The notes beneath the pieces were generated by a model. That model ran no database searches. It saw nothing but the letters and a program-made list of their open reading frames with translations, and was not told the origin of the DNA. A stretch of DNA of 11,897 nucleotides from IMG/VR virus record IMGVR_UViG_2740892230_000013; one strand, 5' to 3'. Positions 6,266 through 11,897 of the stretch are shown piece after piece. A program made the position numbers and the translations under genes. The stretch comes from a virus. Taxonomy: Duplodnaviria > Heunggongvirae > Uroviricota > Caudoviricetes. Position 1 is the stretch's first letter, and each line of letters begins with the position of its first letter.

Positions 6266-9200
6266 GTGAGTTTGCATGGAGCTGGAATGAACCGCAGCCA
6301 GCTATTGATCCGGACGACTTCGCGAACTTCAGCCAGTTGCCAAAAACCGGACTGCAACGCGCCATTCGTTACTACTATGAGGCGGACAAAAAGGCTCAGG
6401 AAGAACAGGATGCGAAGGAAGAAGCCTTTTTCGCACAATCCGCCATGGGTAAAAAACTCATGGCATCCCTTGAGGAAGCCGGGCAACGCGAAAAACTGAT
6501 AAAAAACATCATCAGTAAGCGCCAGGAAATAAAGCAAGACCCGGTGGCCTGCGCCTTTGCCGAACTGAAGGCACTTCCCGTTTATCTGCGAGACCCCCTG
6601 AGCCGCCGCCTCTCTTTTTTACGTAAGAAGCAGGAATCTGACCGCCAGAAAGGAAAAAACGCCAGGCTGGCAGAACGCTATGCACAAGGAACCCTGCTCA
6701 AAATATTCAAACGTCTGAAACGCACTGACGGACGCTGGCTGACACCGTGTTATTGCTCCCTTGCCGGACGCGAACGCCTGGACGATTTGCTTTACCTGCC
6801 GCAGCTCAACAAACACCAGATACAGACGCTGGCCACCATGACGGCGGCGATGTTCAGCAGCACTTTTGAAACACTCTGCGATAACTTTGGCGCGACCGAT
6901 GGCGAGCTGACCATGAAAATTGCGCTGAAGGCGTATCAGATGCTGGCCCGCATGGCGTTACATCTGCACACCATGCCGCCGCATTACGAAGCACTGAGAA
7001 CGGACAAAGACCGGAAGAACGCACCGAATACGGAGCTGCTGCCGGGTGCCATCCTTCGCCTGACCTGTGCGGAATGGTGGAAACACAAACTGTGGCTTTT
7101 ACGTTGCGAGTGGCGGGAAGAACAACTCCGTGCCGCCTGTCTGGTTTCCAGAAAAACATCACCCTATCTGAGCCAGGACGCGTTAAGCGAGTTTCGCGCA
7201 CAGCGCGAGAAAACACGCGATTTCCTGAAAAGTTTCATGCTGGAAAATGAAGACGGGTTCACGATTGATCTCGAGACGGTGTATTACGCGGGAGTAAGTA
7301 ACCCGGTTCACCGTAAGGCAGAAATGATGGCCACCATGAAGGGGCTGGAACTTCTGGCCGAAGCCCGTGGCGACAAAGCGGTGTTTCTGACTGTCACCTG
7401 CCCGTCAAAATACCACGCCACAACGGAGAACGGTCATCCGAATCCCAAATGGAACGGGGCCACAATGCGCGACTCCAGCGATTACCTGGTTAACACGTTT
7501 TTTGCGGCGGTCCGCAAAAAACTGAACCGCGACGACCTGCGCTGGTATGGCATCCGCACGGTGGAGCCTCATCATGACGGCACCGTGCACTGGCATATGA
7601 TGGTCTTTGCACATCCGGAAGAAATCGACACCATTGTGTCCCATACCCGCGATATTGCCATTCAGGAAGACCGCCACGAGCTGGGCAATGATATTACTCC
7701 GCGCTTTAAGGTGGAGTATGTCGACGGCTCAAAAGGCACGCCAACCAGCTACATCGCCACCTACATCGGAAAGAACCTGGACAGCCGCGCCGTGGATGGC
7801 ATCGACCCGAAAACGGACAAGCCACGCGTGGACCACGAAACCGGAAAATCAATGGCCGAGAGCGTGGAACGCGCCATCGGCTGGGCGCGTCTTCACCGCG
7901 TCCGCCAGTTCCAGTTCTTTGGTATCCCCTCCCGTCAGGTGTGGCGTGAACTGCGCCGCCTTGCCAGCCAGATGGCACGCAACCCGGAAGGCCCGCAACG
8001 GCTGAAGGATGACGCAATGGACGCGGTACTCGCTGCCGCTGATGCCGGATGTTTTGCCACCTACATTGAGAAACAGGGTGGCGNNNNNNNNNNATGGCGT
8101 GAACTCCGCCGCCTTGCCAGTCAGATGGCCCGCAACCCGGAAGGTCCACAACGTCTGGAAAATGACGCAATGGATGCGGTACTCGCTGCCGCTGATGCCG
8201 GGTGTTTTGCCACCTACATTGAGAAACAGGGTGGCGTACTTGTTCCACGCAAAGACTACCTGATTCGCACCGCCTACGACCTCGCAGATGAGCTGAACGA
8301 TTACGGTGAACAGAGCGTACAGATTTACGGGATCTGGTCGCCGCTCATTGGGGAGTCTTCCCGCGTATGCACGCATCCGGATAACTGGAAGCTGGTAAGA
8401 CGCAAACCGGAAGCGGAAGACAGCGCCCGCGAAAATGNNNNNNNNNNAGAGCTGAACGATTACGGCGAGCAAAGCGTACAGATTTACGGGATCTGGTCGC
8501 CACAAATCGGGGAATCTTCCCGCGTGTGCACACACCCGGATAACTGGAAGCTGGTAAGACGTAAACCGGAAGCGGAAGACAGCGCCCGCGAAAATGGTTT
8601 TGACCTTCAGGGCGGCCCTGCCGCCCCTTGGACTCGTGGCAATAACTGTCCCCGTGTACAGGAAACAGACAACAACGGGACAGAACAGCCGGAAGAACGA
8701 CCAACATCGTGGCTGCAGCTCCCTGACGGCGTTGAAGTGAACGAATGGATGCGCTCACTGAAACGGCACGAACGCCGGGCGCTGATGCGTTCGCTTCGTG
8801 ACAAACAGGCAAAAAACAGCAGNNNNNNNNNNGGACAACAACGGGACAGAACAGCCGGAAGAACGGCCAGCACCGTGGCCGCAGCTCCCTGACGGCGTTG
8901 AAGTGAACGAATGGNNNNNNNNNNTGATGAAGCGCAGAGCTGGACACAGAGCCGCAAACAGCAGCGGCCTTTGCCTGATAACCACGAATTACTCGCTAAA
9001 GAATGGCGGGAGTCTGCTGAATNNNNNNNNNNCGATGAAATGCAGAGCTGGACACAGAGCCGCAAACAGCCGCGGCCTTTGCCTGATAACCACGAGTTAC
9101 TCGCTAAAGAATGGCGGGAGTCTGCTGAATCTCTCGGCCTGCATATCGGTGAACAACAGATGCAGCACCTGTTACGGGGCGGCAGTCTGTACGTTGACGG

Positions 9201-9624
9201 CAGCATCATTGCACCGCAGGGATTTGAAATTGTACGCAAACCGGATACCCGCCTGGACAGCCGAATCACGCAGCTCTGGCAGCGCCTGAGCCGTAATCAT
9301 GGCGTAAGCAGCACGGAGATCCGCCATAACCCGGTCGCCAGCTATCTGGCACAGCTGGGGGCATCAGACCCTGAAGCCGCCGCACGCCTGGCATCCACAC
9401 TTCAGCAGGACCAGAACACCATGAAAACACCCGTTACCGTGCTTTCTGACATGCTGCGCGCCATCCGCGACGCAGAGCACGCACAGAGAATCAGTGAAAC
9501 CACTGAACGCGCCCGCCGCAAAGCAGACCTGCTGCGGAGTGGCCTGACCAGTGGAAACAAAAAACAGACAGAAACGGGATTCACAAATCCCGTAAATGAG
9601 CAAAAAACGCGCCAAAAAACATGA
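6262..9624 (+). CDS. A: Rolling-circle replication initiator (P2 gene A-type endonuclease), interrupted by five N-gaps with duplicated variant segments
   Basis: HUH motif VEPHHDGTVHWHMMVF (7561-7608) and twin-tyrosine motif SYIATYIGKN (7744-7773), the hallmarks of the phiX174/P2-A family of rolling-circle initiators. Further matches to P2 gpA recalled from memory (FFGIPSRQVWRELRRL, DAGCFATYIEKQGG). ATG 6262 preferred over GTG 6235. The frame continues across the gaps at 8084-8093, 8438-8447, 8823-8832, 8915-8924 and 9023-9032 because each is followed by a re-started overlapping copy. True length cannot be determined. Confidence 0.85.
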
Positions 9625-9665
9625 AGTGCGCACAAAACAGGCAAAAGCGGGATTTCAGAATCCCG
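9575..9665. promoter_or_regulatory. Twin 18-bp palindromes (CGGGATT-N4-AATCCCG) upstream of parM; candidate ParR-binding centromere/operator
   Basis: Perfect palindromes at 9575-9592 (CGGGATTCACAAATCCCG) and 9648-9665 (CGGGATTTCAGAATCCCG), each followed by TAAA. Centres are 73 bp apart. The first lies in the last codons of gene A, the second in the A-parM intergenic region. Neither is followed by a T-tract, so they are not classic terminators. Confidence 0.45.
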
Positions 9666-9943
9666 TAAACGATTAATTAATCAACATAAGGAAAACCGAC
9701 ATGAAAATTTACATCGACGACGGCTCCACCAACATCAAGCTGGCATNNNNNNNNNNAGCCGCAAAGCAGACCTGCTGCGGGGTGGCCTAACCAGTGGAAA
9801 CAAAAAACAGACAGAAACGGGACTCACAAATCCCGTAAATGAGCAAAAAACGCGCCGCGATATATGAAGCGCGCACAAAACAGGCAAAAGCGGGATTTCA
9901 GAATCCTGTAACCGATTAATTAATCAACATAAGGAAAAGCGAC

Positions 9944-11000
9944 ATGAAAATTTGTATCGACGACGGCTCCACCAACATCAAGCTGGCATNNNNNNNNNNT
10001 GTAATCGCCATTCACCACGCGCTGGTCAAATCAGGCATCACACCACAGGAGGTGGATGTGGTTGTCACCCTGCCACNNNNNNNNNNGGACCGAGAGCGGC
10101 GAACGCCGCAACGCCATCAGCCCGAACAGCTTCAAGTCGGAATGGTCTGCGCCGTTCGGTGGCACACAGCCCGCGAACTACATGCTTGATGGCGTGCGCT
10201 ATGGTTTTGATCCGGTCAGCGATCGCTTTGTCCAGACGACCGACACGCAATACCAGTACAGCGATGTGAACGTAATTGCCATTCATCACGCGCTAGTCAA
10301 ATCAGGCATCACGCCACAGGAGGTGGATGTGGTTGTCACCCTGCCACTGAGCGAATATTTCGACACAAACGCACAGCCGGACATGGCCAACATCAACCGC
10401 AAAAAAGCGAACGTCATGCGCCCGGTGGAGTGCCAGAACGGTGAGGCATTCACTATCCGTAACGTGCGGGTTATGCCTGAATCCATTCCGGCTGGCTTTA
10501 AAGCACTGGCTGACATGAGTCCGTTTGAATCCCTGCTGATTGTGGATTTGGGCGGAACCACGCTGGATGTGGCAAAGGTTCAGGGACAACTGGCAGGTAT
10601 CAGCCAGGTATTTTGCGATCCACACGTAGGCGTTTCCCTGATGGCCGATGCCGTACTGTCGGTGATGGCCACTAACGGTATGCGTACCAGTCACCACATC
10701 GCCAATACCATTATCGAACATCGCCATGATGAAGCCTGGCTGCGCCAGCACATCCACAATGACGCGCATTACGCCAGCCTGATGGCGGTTATTCGTGAAA
10801 AGGAAGAAACACTGAAACAACGCGTGATCCGCGCGCTGGCGGGTTTTTCGGGTTACGGGCGGGTGATGGTTGTCGGTGGCGGGGCGGAGATTGTGGCACC
10901 CGCTATCCGCGAAGCCTGCGGAGTTAATGCGACTTTCATCGCGGACGGGGTGCCACAGTTTGCTCTGGTTAATGGGCTGTACGCAATGGACAAGGAGTAA
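9944..11000 (+). CDS. parM: ParM/StbA-like actin-fold partition ATPase (composite across N-gaps; an alternative start copy is at 9701-9746)
   Basis: N-terminus MKI(Y/C)IDDGSTNIKLA. Internal matches to plasmid R1 ParM recalled from memory (ISPNSFK, YSDVNVIAIHHALVKSGI, VMPESIPAG, DLGGTTLDV, VVGGGAEI, LVNGLYAMDKE). GGA RBS 8 nt upstream of both start copies. 10000-10076 is a misplaced variant copy of 10272-10337. Confidence 0.85.
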
Positions 11001-11004
11001 ACCA

Positions 11005-11316
11005 ATGACGACACCAACCAGACGGATAAGTTACTATCTGAAGCCCGCCGCCGTCAAGAACGAAGGCGAAGCATGCGCATGGCTGGACAGCCTTACACCA
11101 GAAGCCCGCAAAAGCGGCCAACGCGTGGCTTTTCTGGCCGGGCTGGCACTTCTGAAAATGAATCCAGCAGAGGCTTACCGACTGGCTGCATGGGCTGACG
11201 ATGAGGCGTTATCAGTGACACAAACCAGGATAGAATGCCCCGCGTCACAGCCAGTATCAACCGCACAGATAACCAGTCAGATGGCCGGAAATATCCGGGC
11301 GTTATTTCCCGAATAA
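11005..11316 (+). CDS. parR: ParR/StbB-like centromere-binding adaptor
   Basis: 103-aa ORF 4 bp after the parM stop, with an AAGGAG RBS 7 nt upstream. Pattern RRISYYLKP...LDSLTPE...RVAFLAGLALL...IRALFPE parallels R1 ParR (RRTIAFKLNP...LDSIPQGE...RAALTAGLAL...LRSLFPKE) as recalled from memory. Confidence 0.7.
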   Translation: MTTPTRRISYYLKPAAVKNEGEACAWLDSLTPEARKSGQRVAFLAGLALLKMNPAEAYRLAAWADDEALSVTQTRIECPASQPVSTAQITSQMAGNIRALFPE

Positions 11317-11323
11317 CACAACA

Positions 11324-11350
11324 TCAGGGCGCATCCGCCCTGATGACTTT
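11324..11350 (+). terminator. Putative terminator hairpin after parR (TCAGGGCG-CATC-CGCCCTGA)
   Basis: Perfect 8-bp GC-rich stem with a 4-nt loop immediately after the parR stop. The downstream T-tract is weak. Confidence 0.45.
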
Positions 11351-11414
11351 AATCCGGGAACATAAACAAGGGGGACACAATGCAACACATTGACAGAGAA
11401 AAAGGAAAAAAAGC

Positions 11415-11822
11415 ATGAACAGAAAACAGAAACAAGAGTTGAAATACTTCTTACGTAAAGAAATTGCCAGGCTTGAAGATGCAGAGTCACAATCATCAGA
11501 AATTCCGTTCGGAATGGATATCAACGACGCCCGTATGCTTCAGGCATACCGTATAGCTCAGGCTGCACTACAGACAAAACCGTTAAATAACATACATGAA
11601 AAGTATGATTATTTTACGGATACCGCTTGCTTGCTGACATCTGAAGAACAAAAGATAGCCCAACTTTTAGGCGACGCATGGAACCTGTATTTAACATTGC
11701 CAGTTGAGCATCCAATGGGTAGAGATGAATTTTGCCGGGCAATTCATCATTGCCAAAATATGGTGTTGGCACGCCCGGCCATCAGGGCGCTGGCCAGGAA
11801 GGGGCAAGGCTATAAAAGATAA
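11415..11822 (+). CDS. Hypothetical protein (AT-rich cargo gene)
   Basis: 135-aa ORF in a visibly AT-richer segment. Preceded by a 12-codon uORF (11380-11418) whose stop overlaps this ATG. Followed directly by a strong intrinsic terminator. No recognisable family. Confidence 0.6.
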   Translation: MNRKQKQELKYFLRKEIARLEDAESQSSEIPFGMDINDARMLQAYRIAQAALQTKPLNNIHEKYDYFTDTACLLTSEEQKIAQLLGDAWNLYLTLPVEHPMGRDEFCRAIHHCQNMVLARPAIRALARKGQGYKR

Positions 11823-11827
11823 GTAAA

Positions 11828-11853
11828 ACGCCCTCCTCCAGGGCGTTTATTTC
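11828..11853 (+). terminator. Rho-independent terminator (ACGCCCT-CCTCC-AGGGCGT followed by TTTATTT)
   Basis: 7-bp GC-rich perfect stem, 5-nt loop and a T-rich tail, 6 nt after the stop of the 135-aa ORF. Confidence 0.8.
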
Positions 11854-11897
11854 AATGCACAATAGTGCACAAATTTGCACAATTTTTTTGAACGACT

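Noticed and set aside
7925-9130. Apparent tandem repeats or CRISPR-like periodicity within gene A and around parM
   Set aside because: Every repeat boundary coincides with an exact 10-N run, and the copies differ mainly at synonymous sites. These are scaffolding or tiling artefacts, not a repeat array. There are no short regularly spaced repeats with unique spacers.
7706-9269. Long minus-strand ORFs antisense to gene A (7706-8248, 7849-8535, 8345-8947, 8607-9269) and small + strand alternative-frame ORFs (7607-8005, 8009-8263, 8798-9289)
   Set aside because: These are typical spurious open frames opposite or out of frame to a GC-rich gene. Translations are R/P/G-rich with no motifs and span N-gaps. 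The gene A frame carries the HUH and Y-Y catalytic motifs.
10302-10820. 172-aa minus-strand ORF (plus 10286-10561 and 10065-10289) antisense to parM
   Set aside because: Fully embedded antisense to the well-supported ParM frame. No RBS or motif.

Overview
This window reads as the lysogeny-control, early-operon and replication region of a P2/186-family temperate prophage-like integrative element from an enterobacterial-type host. All identifications rest on motifs read directly from the translations and on remembered family hallmarks; no database search was run. Layout: a leftward lysogenic operon (HTH repressor, tail-anchored membrane protein, signal-peptide protein, P2-type tyrosine integrase; 107-2561), a divergent promoter/operator region (2562-2636), and a rightward early operon of small regulators (RHH protein, Cox-like HTH protein, several translationally coupled small ORFs). 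A ~320-bp structured non-coding stretch follows, then a long rolling-circle replication initiator (P2 gene A type, with HUH and Y-x-x-x-Y motifs), a ParM/ParR (type II, actin-like) partition cassette with twin palindromes upstream, and an AT-rich 135-aa cargo gene ending in a strong intrinsic terminator. The best candidates for something undescribed are the two-gene membrane/periplasmic cargo inside the repressor-integrase operon, which shares a peptide motif with the repressor, and the ParMR-plus-cargo block downstream of gene A. Important caveat: the window has ten exact 10-N runs, each flanked by near-identical but diverged copies of the same sequence (mostly synonymous differences). These are tiled or variant contigs, not biological repeats, so genes A and parM are interrupted and partly duplicated and their coordinates are approximate. 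No rRNA, tRNA, CRISPR array or transposase was seen.
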